From positions 1 through 64,000 of the forward strand of contig CAVXZB010000032.1 in the NCBI GenBank assembly GCA_963765895.1: a stretch of DNA of 64,000 nt, given 5' to 3'. Below the pieces are notes generated by a model. It was not told where the DNA came from. It was given only the letters and a program-made list of their open reading frames with translations, and ran no database searches. The translations under genes and the position numbers were made by a program. Of this stretch, positions 1-11,685 are shown piece by piece (the stretch's first letter is position 1; each line of letters starts with the position of its first letter). This stretch comes from an uncultured Nitrososphaeraceae archaeon. GTDB lineage: Archaea; Thermoproteota; Nitrososphaeria; Nitrososphaerales; Nitrososphaeraceae.

Positions 1-435
1 AAAAAACGTAGAGTAACATTCGGTTATATTGGCGAAGATAATGAACTAGTTAATGTGAAGATCCCAACGATTCAGTTGAAGTACATTAATTATCACCCGA
101 CCTACATATATTTTGTCATGTTAGTCTACAAATGAAATGAACTGTGTCCTCTTTTAATCAGAAGAGCACAAATACGCCTAGAATCATATTTGATAATTTC
201 TAGACATGCCGTAGTTTCCGAAAACAACTGAACCCCCAGACACTAATTGACATAATTGTGAACCTGTCCATGGTTTCGAGTAGTACCTGCGTGCTGGGCA
301 AGTCATATGATATCGAAGAACAGGATTCATGTTCGATCATAACAATACCTATTGAATCCTATTTGGTCTTATAGATAAGTATAGCCTCGAAGGCTATTTA
401 AAAGCTTCTGGATGCTACAGTAGCAACATTCAGGT

Positions 436-1250
436 TCATCGATTTTGTTTAAGACCTATCTCATCTCGGATCTTTTCCATTGCAATAGTTTTATTATGTT
501 CGTGACTTAATAGATCGTTCACCCAATTAGAAAGCCATTTCCTAATGTCCTCATCTTGGCTGAATATAAAATCAGCAATCTGTTTGGGAGAAAAGGGATA
601 ATAATTATCAGTCTGTGGACTGATGTCGTCGGATACTTTTCTTGTATGATCATATTTTCGAGGTTGATCTAAGACATCGCAAACTGACAATAAATTCAGA
701 AAATAATATAAAGAAATCGTATCAGCGAAGGCAGTTTCGATAGTCTCTATTTCATATTCTTTGGCAACTGCTTGTAATGCTGCCTGAGTTGATAAAAGGT
801 GTGCCACTCCTAATGATCATAATCATGTCTTCGACATAGGAGGCAGGATCGTAATCGAAGGGTGATAATAATGCAGAAGTTTCAAGAAATTTGTACAGTA
901 ACGGTTGTATTTTAGTACTGTCAGGATTTGAGTACATATTTCCAGCTAGATAATTGAACAGTTGCTCCAATCCCACAGCTTGAATTTTGGCCATCTCGTT
1001 CCTTGTACTTTTTATAATACTATCAATACTTTCATAAAATTCCTTGTTGCCTCCCTGACAGATCGACGTTTCCAATTGTTTAGCCCGTATCATCCTATCT
1101 AATATTACGTCAAAATTGTCTATCATGGAGGCTCCCAAAAACTTCTTAAGTAAACGACGCTTCCCAAAAACTAAAGGCAGCTTCTGCTCGTAATTGTCAG
1201 CTATTTTCTCGAAATAGGCTTCTGACGAAATTGAGTTATAATATAATCCA
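436..1250 (-). pseudogene. 5'-truncated, frameshifted hypothetical protein (LPLVFGK-motif family)
   Basis: Overlapping ORFs 752..1330 and 436..807 appear to join by a frameshift near 800; the 5' end is replaced by an integrase fragment on the other strand. Confidence 0.45.
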
Positions 1251-1254
1251 TGAT

Positions 1255-1438
1255 GTAGTTTACCAGACCAAAAGAAAACCCAATCCAGATGGTCTATATG
1301 ATGATATAGCAAAATCCTTTGCAATGACATTAGATAGGATGAGTAAAGGTGATAATGAAGATGGTAACGAACAACGAAGACAAATTACTCTTCATTCCTT
1401 TAGGAGATTCGTAAAAACTACCATCTCCGATCTTGGAT
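1255..1438 (+). pseudogene. Tyrosine integrase internal fragment
   Basis: LYDDIAKSFAMTLDRMSKG..RRQITLHSFRRFVKTTISDLG is near-identical to the HxxR region of the integrase at 35280..36531. Confidence 0.85.
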
Positions 1439-1439
1439 G

Positions 1440-1562
1440 TACATCACCATCAAGTCCAACCCAGACAATAGAGACCTGAAGACTTCCATCCTTGTTCAGG
1501 GTCACAAGATGAGTGAGATTGCCTGCAGTCAATGCTTGCCGTACTTTATCATTCAAAATCAT
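1440..1562 (-). pseudogene. N-terminal fragment of a PPOX-class (F420/FMN split-barrel) oxidoreductase
   Basis: Manual translation MILNDKVRQALTAGNLTHLVTLNKDGSLQVSIVWVGLDGD resembles the TLxxDGxPxxxxVW motif; cut at the integrase fragment. Confidence 0.6.
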
Positions 1563-1700
1563 AATTGTGCAAAGTACATGAAGTTTTCTGAGTTAAATGA
1601 ATTTGTAGCATTTGGCCGCTCATCCAAATATCATTATCAGACAATACTATTATAAATATTGTATTAATTACTTATCTAATGTAATAATAGGCTAGGTTAA

Positions 1701-2873
1701 TCAATTAACCAAACATGGGAGAACAAATGCAAATGTAGCTCCTTTACCGTTAGAATTATTCTCCGCCCATATCCTACCATCATGAGCTTCTACAATTCGT
1801 TTAGATATATACAGACCTAATCCGACACCTTCTAACGAAGTAGTAGCAAATTTTGTGAACAGTCTTGGTAAAATACGAGTATCTATTCCGCTACCATTGT
1901 CCTTTACTTTGACTACAGCAGCTAGATCTCCTTCTCCTTCTTTTTTTCTTGCGTCTGCTTCCACTTTCTTTTGTGTACTGACCTGTGTCATAACAGTTAT
2001 AATCCCATCTTCCTTTACATTTTTAATTGCATTTCTAAGCAGGTTTAGAATAACCTGCTGTATCATTGTTCTATCTGCTTCTATGAAAATATCATTTCCC
2101 CTTCCTTCTTCTGATTCAAACTTTATTTTTATATTCTTGTTATCATTACCGGTATATTCTGTCATTTGAATGCTCCCGGCATCTGCTATTGCATTCCTTA
2201 TCTTTTCATTAAGGCCGAAACATTCCTTGTGAAGTGTTAATCTCTTACCTTCAATTTTCGTAACATCAAGTATATCCTTTGCTAGTCTTTCAAGTCTGTG
2301 CGCGTTTCTAACTATCGCATCTAGAGCCATATCCTTTTGATTTTGAGTGACATGCTGTTTACAATCACTATTGCTGTTGCTGTTGTTGCTGTCCTCGCCT
2401 CCTATTGCTTCTTTTTGCACCTCTTCTTTAAACATATTTTGTAATAACTCAGAGTAGCCTAGGATAGATTGCGTAGGTGTTCTGAATTCATGCGCGGCTA
2501 TGCTGATAAAATCTTTCGTCTCCTGCTCGTGTGCATTTATTTGTTCATTGGCTAGAGCAAGCTCCTTGTTAACCCTTGCTAGCTCTTTATTTGCTTCTGA
2601 CAGTTCTTCGTTAACTTGAGCAAACCTTACATTAGTTCGTGCAAACTTTTTGTTGGTTTCTGAAACCTGTTTGTTTACGGAAGCGAGCTCATGGTTTGAT
2701 TCAAATAACTCTGCATGTAATCTGGCTAGTTGTTCCTCCTCTGATTTCAGTGCATTATTTGAAATTAATAGAGAAATACTTGTCTGTTTTAATTCCTCTG
2801 TTTTTAAAGTCAATTCTTCTGTCCTTAATTTGAGCACGTTTAAAGCTGCGCTTTCTTGTTCACCCACACTCAT
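1701..2873 (-). CDS. Cytoplasmic sensor histidine kinase (coiled-coil + HisKA + HATPase_c)
   Basis: H-box AAHEFRTP, N-box NLLRNAIK, DNGSGID, GVGLGLYISKRIVEAHDGRI. Confidence 0.92.
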   Translation of the reverse strand: MSVGEQESAALNVLKLRTEELTLKTEELKQTSISLLISNNALKSEEEQLARLHAELFESNHELASVNKQVSETNKKFARTNVRFAQVNEELSEANKELARVNKELALANEQINAHEQETKDFISIAAHEFRTPTQSILGYSELLQNMFKEEVQKEAIGGEDSNNSNSNSDCKQHVTQNQKDMALDAIVRNAHRLERLAKDILDVTKIEGKRLTLHKECFGLNEKIRNAIADAGSIQMTEYTGNDNKNIKIKFESEEGRGNDIFIEADRTMIQQVILNLLRNAIKNVKEDGIITVMTQVSTQKKVEADARKKEGEGDLAAVVKVKDNGSGIDTRILPRLFTKFATTSLEGVGLGLYISKRIVEAHDGRIWAENNSNGKGATFAFVLPCLVN

Positions 2874-3599
2874 AATAATGGCCTACAGATACATAAGGCT
2901 TCATATTGGATTGAATATTGACACGAAAAGCAATTTACTGGTTTAAAACAGATTAAGGACAGTGGCAATGACTAGACAATTAGAGAATTATCGACAAAAT
3001 GTGTAAAGCTAAGCTTCATAATAATATATTAGATGACAATATTATTTGGGAAACAAGAACGCTTGGGTAGGTATCGTGCCAACAATTAGTTATCGTAGTT
3101 ATATGTAAATGCTGTAAGACCAGTAGCAGGTGTGTATTTATACTCTAGAATATTCAATTGCTAGATTTAGATAACATCGATAGGGTTCGAGGTCTTTGAC
3201 TTTATAGTTATTGAGTGATAAAGGTACCTCTAGAAAGCACGAGAACTTTGCCCCAGAAAGATCGAGGTACCATAAGGTAGCAAGCAAACCTTCAAGATTA
3301 TATTCGCCATTGTAAAGCATAAGAAGGACTTAGCAAGTAGAAGATTGAATTACTTTGAGTCTTCAGACTATGAAGGCTGTCGCATCAACGCATATCCTTC
3401 ATTTATTAGTATCAAGGTATTAACCTAGTAGTACGTCATTTTGTGATTATAGATCTAGATCTTGGAATTTGATAATTCAAGGATTAAGCTCGATAGGTCT
3501 AAATGAAATAATTAGAAAAATTAGCGCTGTCGCGAGAGGCTATCCTACCGTATTATGGACTTGATAATGGTTACTATATCTATCAGCCTATGGATGGAC

Positions 3600-4011
3600 T
3601 CATTAGGTATTTATTTCATCATACTTCTCATCGTTTTTTCATTTGCTGGGCTACAAATACAAAATCCTTCAAATGTTGCAACTCACTTTGACTTACATTC
3701 TGCATTCCAGACTTCATTCCTTGCTCCATCAGGTTCATCATCATTCCCTGTGTGGAATTAGTTTCATTACCACCTCCAGCAGCAGTAGCATTTCTAAGCA
3801 TAACGGATAATGATTTCATTACATCGCCGAGGGTAACGCGCGTTATTGCGTAACAATAACACCCATTCTAGTCATATTGCTAATCATCGATTTCATCATA
3901 CCAGTTGTGGATTTAGCTATAGCATGCTGTGGTCTCACTATAATGTGTGAGGTAAAGCTAGCAGTAGCCAGAGCTAATGCAAAAAGCGTTATGATTTCCT
4001 AAAGAAGTCAT
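3600..4011 (-). pseudogene. Frameshifted Met-rich putative exported protein
   Basis: Signal-like start and Met-rich segment (QGMMMNLMEQGMKSGM) spread over several frames. Confidence 0.3.
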
Positions 4012-4337
4012 AGTGAATAGCCCATCCGAACAAAACCTAATAAACATTTTGGAGATAGATAGGTAAATAGAACTTGACTCAGCTACCATTATCGCTTTAA
4101 AATGAATTATCGATTTAGCCGAAACACACGTGGTCACTACAACACTAATTCCGATGAGCCCCTGCAACATAAAACTCAGGATGTAGTGAGAACCCTTATG
4201 ATGATGGGGGAGTCCGGCAATCCATGCTGCGGCCTTCATCATGGATGTTCTATGGTAGGAATAACGAAAATTAGATGGTAAATAGTACACTCATCCACAA
4301 TTATTTTGTTCCTTTATCTATTTCCTTATGACTTCAA

Positions 4338-5300
4338 GGCCATGTAGAAATCATCACAAAAATGACAATATTCATTAGCCTGTGCATGTTATAGGCTATG
4401 CATCTGAATGATAGTTCCCTGTTCTGTGTTTTTACTAGCCTTGAAGAAATATATTCTCCAAATAGTCGTTTTATGACAGACATTATGGTCTCATCCTTGT
4501 TTCGTTGATTGTACAATAGTTCGTTATATCCACGTTTCATCTGCTTTCTATATCTGCCATGTGTTCTCCATATCGGTACATGTTCATATCGAGCTGGAAT
4601 AACACTGAATGCATGCAAGGTTTCTCTTACCAACTGATGATTATCTTCATTATCATATCCCTTATCAGCTGTAACTACGGATAATGGTAGAATTTCAGCT
4701 ATTCTTGTTATGATTGGCTTGAAATCTACATTATCATGTCTTGTAGGAGCTCGTCTTATCCTTATGTTTCAGATAATCTGTTGTAATACATCGGCTCCAA
4801 TAGATAATTTCGCATATTTTCTTCTTGCTTCTATTCGTTCAGTCATAATACTGTGAAGCATGAGTTATTTTAAATCCTGTTGAATCTATTCCTACAAAGA
4901 TATGCTTCGTACAGCTAATTACAATGAATGACGAAATTATCTTCTCAAGCAGTGAATTGCTAATTCTGTCTGTCTGTAAACTTTTGCAATGTTGTAAAAT
5001 GAGGAATACGTGACAATCGTAGATACGATCTTAAGGTAATATGCTTCGACTAACCACTCGACAAACATCCTATAACTCTTACCTTCGTACTGTCTTATTG
5101 TAAGTAGATACTAAATGTTGCCATATCATAAATGCATGATTGCTCTTTCTGTGAAGAAACAATGGTATCCTTGAATGTTCTCAAGACACGGTAACATAGT
5201 ATCTAGCCAGCCTAACATATCTTGATTCTTTCAACATCCATATTGGATCATACGTCTTAGAAAGCTCTAACGGTATTCAGAACATGGTTTCTACAGAGCC
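4338..5300 (-). mobile_element. IS5-family element, copy A, broken transposase
   Basis: TIRs GGCCATGTAGAAATCAT / ATGGTTTCTACAGAGCC; 8-bp TSD GACTTCAA (4330-4337, 5301-5308); DDE remnants homologous to 9864..10748. Confidence 0.92.
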
Positions 5301-5395
5301 GACTTCAAACAAGACTATAGATATCCATATATACGCAATACCTTGGTAGTTACTCGATGGATATTCATTTTCATCTGAATAACAAAACAAAAAAT

Positions 5396-5956
5396 ATGAT
5401 GTCATTTTTGGTCCTGTCTTCGATCCTAGGTATGGCATTGGTCGGCACAAACGCAATACTGACTGCTCAAACAGCAAACGCACAGTTCGTGGTAAAAGTC
5501 GGAGGGCCTGATACCGACCAGGTCAATAGCCGCATAATTGGTATCTCTTAAAACCGGGATTTAGTAATCAATATAACCTCACGATGAAAGGAAAGACCGT
5601 TCCTATCCAGTACAGTGTACTAGACGGCTCACTTGTTGGAGTATTGTCAGATCCTTCTAGAAAGAGCCTCGATCTCGCCGTCAATCCCCAAGCAAATGGA
5701 GGCAGCATTAGAGGTTAACGTGCCTAGACATGTCATAGATTCCAAAAATGCTGCAGGCAAGGATGCACCATTCATTGTCAAGGTTGACGGTAACCGAATA
5801 AGTGGAGAACCAGGCGGTATATGTGTTGGAACTTGTCCTAACATCCTTAATAGCTTTAAAGAAACTTACAATACAAATACTGACAGAGTATTGACTGTTT
5901 TAGTTGGTCCCGAAAGCAGATTTATAGAAATCATAGGTAATCACACATCAGCATAA
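5396..5956 (+). pseudogene. Frameshifted exported protein, PEFG-CTERM-like domain
   Basis: Signal peptide (MMSFLVLSSILGMALVG..NAQ); joined frames give GKTVPIQY..LEVNVPRHVIDSK..FIVKVDG..RFIEIIG. Confidence 0.55.
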
Positions 5957-6574
5957 TGACGATTGTGCTTGCCATAGAGCACTATCTATTTTTTTAGATA
6001 ATTTACCTTCTATTCCTTCATAATATTATCTAATTGTAATTACTAAGATTCTCTTATCCATACAATATTGATTCTCTATACTAGAAGCTATCTATGAAGG
6101 ACAGCCTACTAAACCTAAATGCAAGCTGAACGTTATAATGCATCATAAGTGGTCAGAACAAGAAGTATTACTTTGTCTTTAGGGTTATTTTTGATAGTAA
6201 CCAATTAAGGCAATTAGACTTTGCTTATCACGTGATCAAATATGATATTGACTCTGCAAAGAGGAATGAATATCTGCCGATAAGTCTGGGGAAAAAGACA
6301 GAAAACTCATACTTATACGATATACTGATTAAATCGTAGACAGGTAAACGAATGAAGTTATATTCATATCCAATCAGACTGGATCGGGTCAGTTAATGAA
6401 TCCAGTATAATTATATCGGAAAACTCCCTTCTAATACAGATGTGTGGCACGCCAGATTATAAACATTTTCTAAAAAGTGGTATCATATGGATAGACCAGC
6501 TTGGTTGAATGCACATAGATACTGATTAGATGACACTTCTCGAATGTCTAAGTCATGGGCGCGCGCCTGCAACC

Positions 6575-7020
6575 TGTCTTCTCTCGATTTCCTGCAACCT
6601 AGCTGATAAAGACACAAGTTGATCTAATAATTGCGCTATAGCATCATCCTTTACTTTATCACGCTGTCTTAGTGATTGATTTAACTCTTCCAATTTTCTA
6701 CCTTAGTTTGTATGTCGGGGCCCTGTCTTTGTAGTTGATGGACGTTAAGAAATGTCAGATAAGGCTCTATCTTACGAAATATTTCAGCTTTTTCTAAATC
6801 CTTTTTGCGCCAGTATGCAGAACCTGCGTGCCCTATAAAATATTCCGAGTAATCGGCATAACGTAGATCAGATATGGTTGTCTTTACAAACCTTCTAAAA
6901 TAATGGAGAGTAATTTGTCTCCGCTTATTACCATCTTCTCTAGAATCTTTACCCATCCTATCCAAGGTTTTTGCAAAAGATCTGCCTAAATTTTTGATAT
7001 AATGAAAGAGGTCTGGAAAA
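6575..7020 (-). pseudogene. Tyrosine integrase C-terminal remnant
   Basis: RRQITLHYFRRFVKTTISDL..EYFIGHAGSAYWRKKD plus the coiled-coil tail, homologous to 35280..35711. Confidence 0.88.
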
Positions 7021-7183
7021 ATATTGTTTGATAAACCGCAAATGCGGATCTATCTATTCTAGTTTCTTTCCGACTTATACTGTACGTATAAGGCTCCTTT
7101 ACGGGACATCCGAACGAAAAATTTATAGTAACAAATTGGTTATTCAAACTTAAATTCTAGGAATTACACCATGACCTTCATAG

Positions 7184-7599
7184 AATGAACTTAAGCATCA
7201 TAATCCTCTTTTTCAGTGGCATTCTTTTCGGATCCATTCTTTATGTGTATTAACTCATACTATAAGTAATGCTAAAGAATTACAACAGAAAAAATTTCTC
7301 ACAATTATACTACTACCACTATTGCTATTCCTCAGGGCACAGTTTAGAGAGAAGTTACTTTCAAAAGATATATGCCCCCAAATACTGTTGTTCAATCGGG
7401 ATCTAAAATAACCTGGACTAATGAAGACAAATTACCTACACCATTACCAGTAGAAATTGCAGTAATGGTTACGATTGCATATTCAATTCTGGTATAATTG
7501 CATTAAATCCATCATATTCATATGTCTTTCTGTTTCTGGCATGTATCAGTATTATTGTATCATTTATGCATGGATGAGTGGGTAAGTAGTTGTTACTGA
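7184..7599 (+). pseudogene. Decayed plastocyanin/cupredoxin-family protein
   Basis: Fragments VVQSGSKITWTNED, FNSG, YQYYCIIYAWMSG (degenerate CxxHPWM copper motif) with stops and frameshifts. Confidence 0.6.
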
Positions 7600-7698
7600 T
7601 ATTAATATTCAGACAAGACTATTTTATATGTCACCACTACTTCAAAAAAACGAAATAATCCAAATGTTCATTGTAAAATAACTTATCTAACCTTAAAG

Positions 7699-8076
7699 TC
7701 ATTTCAATCCACTTTTCTTTAGTAGTTCCAATATCCTTTCGATTATTTTGTTGTGTGCTCCATCTTTGTCGATAGACACTCGTAATAAATAGTTATCATA
7801 CAATGGAAATGATGCAAGTTTAACTTTTTCTCTTTCTGAAAAACTGTATATGGTTCTACCAAATTCGGGGTCAAAATCTTTATTCATCTCATTCTTGAGA
7901 ACAAACTCCATATATAATTCCAATGACTTTTCATTATTTTCCATGGATTCTAAGCCCCGTTTCATTCCTCCTGCAATGAGTTTACCCATCCTATTTATGA
8001 TCCCAGCGAAGCGTATGGTAGAATCAAGTGTAAAAATATGATTGCATAATTGGTTAAGTGTATCTATGTCAAGCAT
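7699..8076 (-). CDS. DUF6659-like (roadblock/profilin-like) thaumarchaeal protein
   Basis: IRFAGIINRMGKLIAGG..DFDPEFG..REKV..SFP pattern; intact 125-aa ORF. Confidence 0.7.
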   Translation of the reverse strand: MLDIDTLNQLCNHIFTLDSTIRFAGIINRMGKLIAGGMKRGLESMENNEKSLELYMEFVLKNEMNKDFDPEFGRTIYSFSEREKVKLASFPLYDNYLLRVSIDKDGAHNKIIERILELLKKSGLK

Positions 8077-8804
8077 AATGTATTCTAAAGAAATGTTCTA
8101 AGCCTTAAGCATTTTGAATTCCTCTAATATGTTATAAATTTTACCAGACCTATTGTCTACATGTATTTGAAACTGAAAGCAGGGTTATTTTTTTAGGAAT
8201 GAGGGATAGAAAAACGTTCCATTTTCATTTACTTACTGAATTTCAATTTTATCAAGGAAAATTATTCGGATACATATTAACTTTTTCCCTACTATTTTCC
8301 CAACTATCTGTCTACACCTATAAAATATATGGACATAAGAGAATTCGTCATGAAATACAGATGGATGACCACTAATATTTATATAGCAATATTCTATGTT
8401 ACTGTGTTACTATAAAGAGTATTCAGGCTGTCAATTGCTTTAGAATTGCTAGCTTATAACTGAGACTACATATTTATGGACAAGTAGACGAAGATGCGAT
8501 GAATATGACGTTCCCTTATCTTTCCGTAGGTTGTTGCTAATAATCGAAATTCTATATTACCACCAGTGTCTGATATGTCATGGTGTCAGTATGTTTTATC
8601 CTAATTCTAGTATACAATAGGTAGCAGCACCAGCATTTGTATTCGATTATCGCTATAGTCTTGAATACTTATTTTTATGTATCAGATGAGTCTGATAAGA
8701 AATTATGATAGGCATACGTTGTAACTTAAAGCAGCAGGAAAGCAAAAAAAAGATTATGAGACACGCTTAAGCATTTTAATTTCGTACTACAAATGTAATT
8801 AGAT

Positions 8805-9351
8805 TTAAGGAAAGGTCAATCTAAAACTATTTTCTCCTCCATTTCTTTCTAAAACTGATCCTTGCTTATAGGCTATTGTTCCTGTAATTAGATATTTGGA
8901 TTTAGATTTGGTATTCTTATTTATCCCTTCCATAATTTTATTCCAAACAACTTGATTTACGTTACTTTTGTGTGCTACTTGTTTATCCTTTAATATTACT
9001 TCAGTACCGCTTACAATGGGATAAATTGTTGCTGATGATGCCAAAAAGCCCTCTAACATTTCTCCGATGCTTCCTGATACAATTCTTGTTCCATCTAGTG
9101 ACACATCGGTACTGAATTTCCTCTACAATCACTGTTCCTTTTCTTGGGTTATATGCAGAAAAATCTACTTGAACATCAGCTGATGTATTGCTTGTTGGTT
9201 TTATAACAATGTTTTTTATTGAGAATTTAATTGGTTGTCTCTGATCTTGTGCCATGACTTCACTCGTTGCTACTGCAGATGTAGTTATCACTAATAGCAA
9301 TGTCACTAACGATGTCGTAATCAAAATCAAGCAAATTTGTTTAGACATCAC
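8805..9351 (-). pseudogene. Frameshifted exported beta-sandwich (LEA_2-like) protein
   Basis: Signal peptide in 9001..9351; continues into 8805..9104 via a frameshift near 9105. Confidence 0.5.
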
Positions 9352-9593
9352 GATACCTGAAATTTCGAGTACACCAAATTATGTAGAATAAATTATACTA
9401 TAAAAGGAAATCTGCTTACAGATATTTGCGGATAATATCAATTTCTCATCCATAGCCTAAACATAATCTATCAATTTTATAATTCTAACCGAAATTAATA
9501 TAATAAAGATATTCCAGCCTTAAATTTATATTAACGAAATAATACCTTGGCACTTCTTGTCTTATTGTATATTGTATAATGTTATAGGGAAAT

Positions 9594-9836
9594 TTGATAG
9601 TTCTTTGGCGTGAAGCATGGTTAAAACCACTCTACAATTCGGATATTGGATCTGATTTCTGTAACTTTTGTAACCGGAGGTTTGATGAACTTGATTTTGT
9701 TACATCTTGCGAATTTTGTGAAATAGGAATAATTCATACTAACTGTTCAGACAAACATATTTTGAGTAGTCATAAAAACGAAATTTTGAATAAAATCGAA
9801 TCACAACGAGATAGGCGTCTGCATGATTATCAGTAA
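9594..9836 (+). CDS. Small Cys/His-rich putative zinc-binding protein
   Basis: CNFC..CEFC..HxxC..H..H pattern. Confidence 0.55.
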   Translation: MIVLWREAWLKPLYNSDIGSDFCNFCNRRFDELDFVTSCEFCEIGIIHTNCSDKHILSSHKNEILNKIESQRDRRLHDYQ

Positions 9837-9861
9837 TTATACTCAGGCTATTAGTTTAGTA

Positions 9862-10809
9862 GGCTATGTAGAAAACATCATCAATATTACAAGATTAGTC
9901 AGTCTATGCATATTGTAGGTGATACATCTAAATGATAACTCTCTGTTCTGCATTCTAGTCAATCTAGACATAAGATTCTCTCCAAATAGTCGTTTTATGA
10001 CTGATATTATGGTTTCATCTTTGTTTCGTTGATTGTACAGCAATTTGGAGTAACCACGCTTCATCTGCTTTCTGTACTTACCATGTGTTCTCCACATCGG
10101 TACATGTTCATATCGAGCAGGAATAATACTGAATGCATGTAAGTCCTCTCTTACGAGAAGGTGATTATCTTCACTATCGTAACCCTTATCAGCTGTAACT
10201 ACAGATAATGGAAGAATATTTGATGTCCTTGTTATAATTGGCCTGAAATCTACATTATCATGCCTTGTTGGAGCTCGTCTTATCTTAATTGTACATATGA
10301 TTTGTTGTAATACATCTACTCCAATAGATAATTTCGCATATTTTCTTCTCAATTCTGTTCGATCAGTATAATATTGTGATGCATGAGTTATCTTAAATCC
10401 TGTTGAATCTATTCCTGCAAAGATATGCTTCGTACCACTAATTACAATGAATGACGAAATTATCTTTTCAAGCAATGAATTATTGATTCTATCTGTAAAC
10501 TTTTGCAATGTTGTAAAATGAGGAATACGTGACAACCGTAGAAATGACCTTAGGTAATAGGCTTCAATTAACCACTCGACAAACATTCTATAACTCTTAC
10601 CTTCATACTGTCGTATAGCAACTAGAACTATGTGCTGCCATATTGTAAATATGTGATTACTTTTCCTGTTAGAAAATAGAGGAATCCTTGCATGCTTCAA
10701 AACACGGAACATAGTACCTGCAAGTCTGACGTACATTGATTCTTTCAATAGACTATTGGTATTATACTCTTACAAAGCTTTGACTGTATGAGATGGTTTC
10801 TACACAGCC
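9862..10809 (-). mobile_element. IS5-family element, copy B
   Basis: TIRs GGCTATGTAGAAAACATC / GATGGTTTCTACACAGCC; no matching TSD. Confidence 0.9.
9864..10748 (-). CDS. IS5-family DDE transposase (intact)
   Basis: IDSTG, ADKGYDSE, YNQRNKDETIISVIKR motifs; 294 aa open. Confidence 0.92.
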   Translation of the reverse strand: MKESMYVRLAGTMFRVLKHARIPLFSNRKSNHIFTIWQHIVLVAIRQYEGKSYRMFVEWLIEAYYLRSFLRLSRIPHFTTLQKFTDRINNSLLEKIISSFIVISGTKHIFAGIDSTGFKITHASQYYTDRTELRRKYAKLSIGVDVLQQIICTIKIRRAPTRHDNVDFRPIITRTSNILPLSVVTADKGYDSEDNHLLVREDLHAFSIIPARYEHVPMWRTHGKYRKQMKRGYSKLLYNQRNKDETIISVIKRLFGENLMSRLTRMQNRELSFRCITYNMHRLTNLVILMMFST

Positions 10810-11140
10810 CTTGTTCCATTAATTCTAAATATGTAAGCTTCTTCACTTTACCCTCGACACCATCGAATATTGATTGTATTTTATTGGGTTTAGTAAGCCT
10901 CCAGCCTGAAGGACTATTAAATTCATCTTGAAATCTTGGATACTTGTCGACTAGCCATCCTGCGATCTGCCATACTGAACAATGCTTAAAATCTGTACCA
11001 TTTTCTGGACATTCGCTATTAAGTGTAATTGAATACCTCAGAATATACTGCAGCTGAAGAGCATAATCAGTATAATTCAGTTCATCTTCTTTTTCAAAGA
11101 TTGAACTTAACCTAGGGAATTTTGCCATTTGAAATGCCAT
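10810..11140 (-). pseudogene. Hypothetical (possible regulator) truncated by IS5 copy B
   Basis: ORF reads into the IS terminal repeat; divergent from AbrB. Confidence 0.5.
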
Positions 11141-11196
11141 GCATGGTGACTGAGTAAGCGACCGCTTGATTATAGTGAATTTCTATTATATAATTT

Positions 11197-11385
11197 ATGT
11201 CTAATACAGACAATTTAGAAATTCGGCGAGTACAAGGCTTACAGGGAGAAAGAAGTTTCACCCTAGTCTTGCCTAAAGAATTCGCGGTCAAATTAGGAAT
11301 TGGAAAAGGCGATTTTTTGAAATGCAGTGTAGATGGTCGAAGGTTAGTCGTAGAGAAGGTGGAGACACATGCTGAAAATCAATAA
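11197..11385 (+). CDS. AbrB/MazE/SpoVT-family DNA-binding protein
   Basis: RRVQ..SFTLVLPKEFAVKLGIGKGDFL..DGRRLVVEK. Confidence 0.88.
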   Translation: MSNTDNLEIRRVQGLQGERSFTLVLPKEFAVKLGIGKGDFLKCSVDGRRLVVEKVETHAENQ

Positions 11386-11653
11386 GGCGCCATCTAAAGG
11401 CATATGTCCAAAATGCACCAGTTATCTAAAAGAGATAGATGAATTAAATGAAGCATTCATAGAGGCAGACTGTCAAAGTGTACGCCAATCCACGCAACTC
11501 AAAGATGAAATCTCGAAACCAGATGAGGACTGTTCGTATACAGACGAGCTACTTGAGGAAGCTAAAGCAGAGATAAAGCGGTTAAAAGCTGAGCGCAGTT
11601 CAGGAAGTCAAAGCAAGGAGAAGGTGTTAGAAGAGTTTGAGCGACCAGTCTAA
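11369..11653 (+). CDS. Hypothetical element protein (CxxC + coiled coil)
   Basis: Overlaps the AbrB stop, operon-like; CPKC motif. Confidence 0.55.
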   Translation: MLKINKAPSKGICPKCTSYLKEIDELNEAFIEADCQSVRQSTQLKDEISKPDEDCSYTDELLEEAKAEIKRLKAERSSGSQSKEKVLEEFERPV

Positions 11654-11685
11654 CACCACTTTGCGCGCGCCATCTTCAGTCAAGA

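Noticed and set aside
1855-2946. Plus-strand ORFs overlapping the histidine kinase (and similar antisense ORFs elsewhere)
   Set aside because: Antisense shadows of well-supported genes
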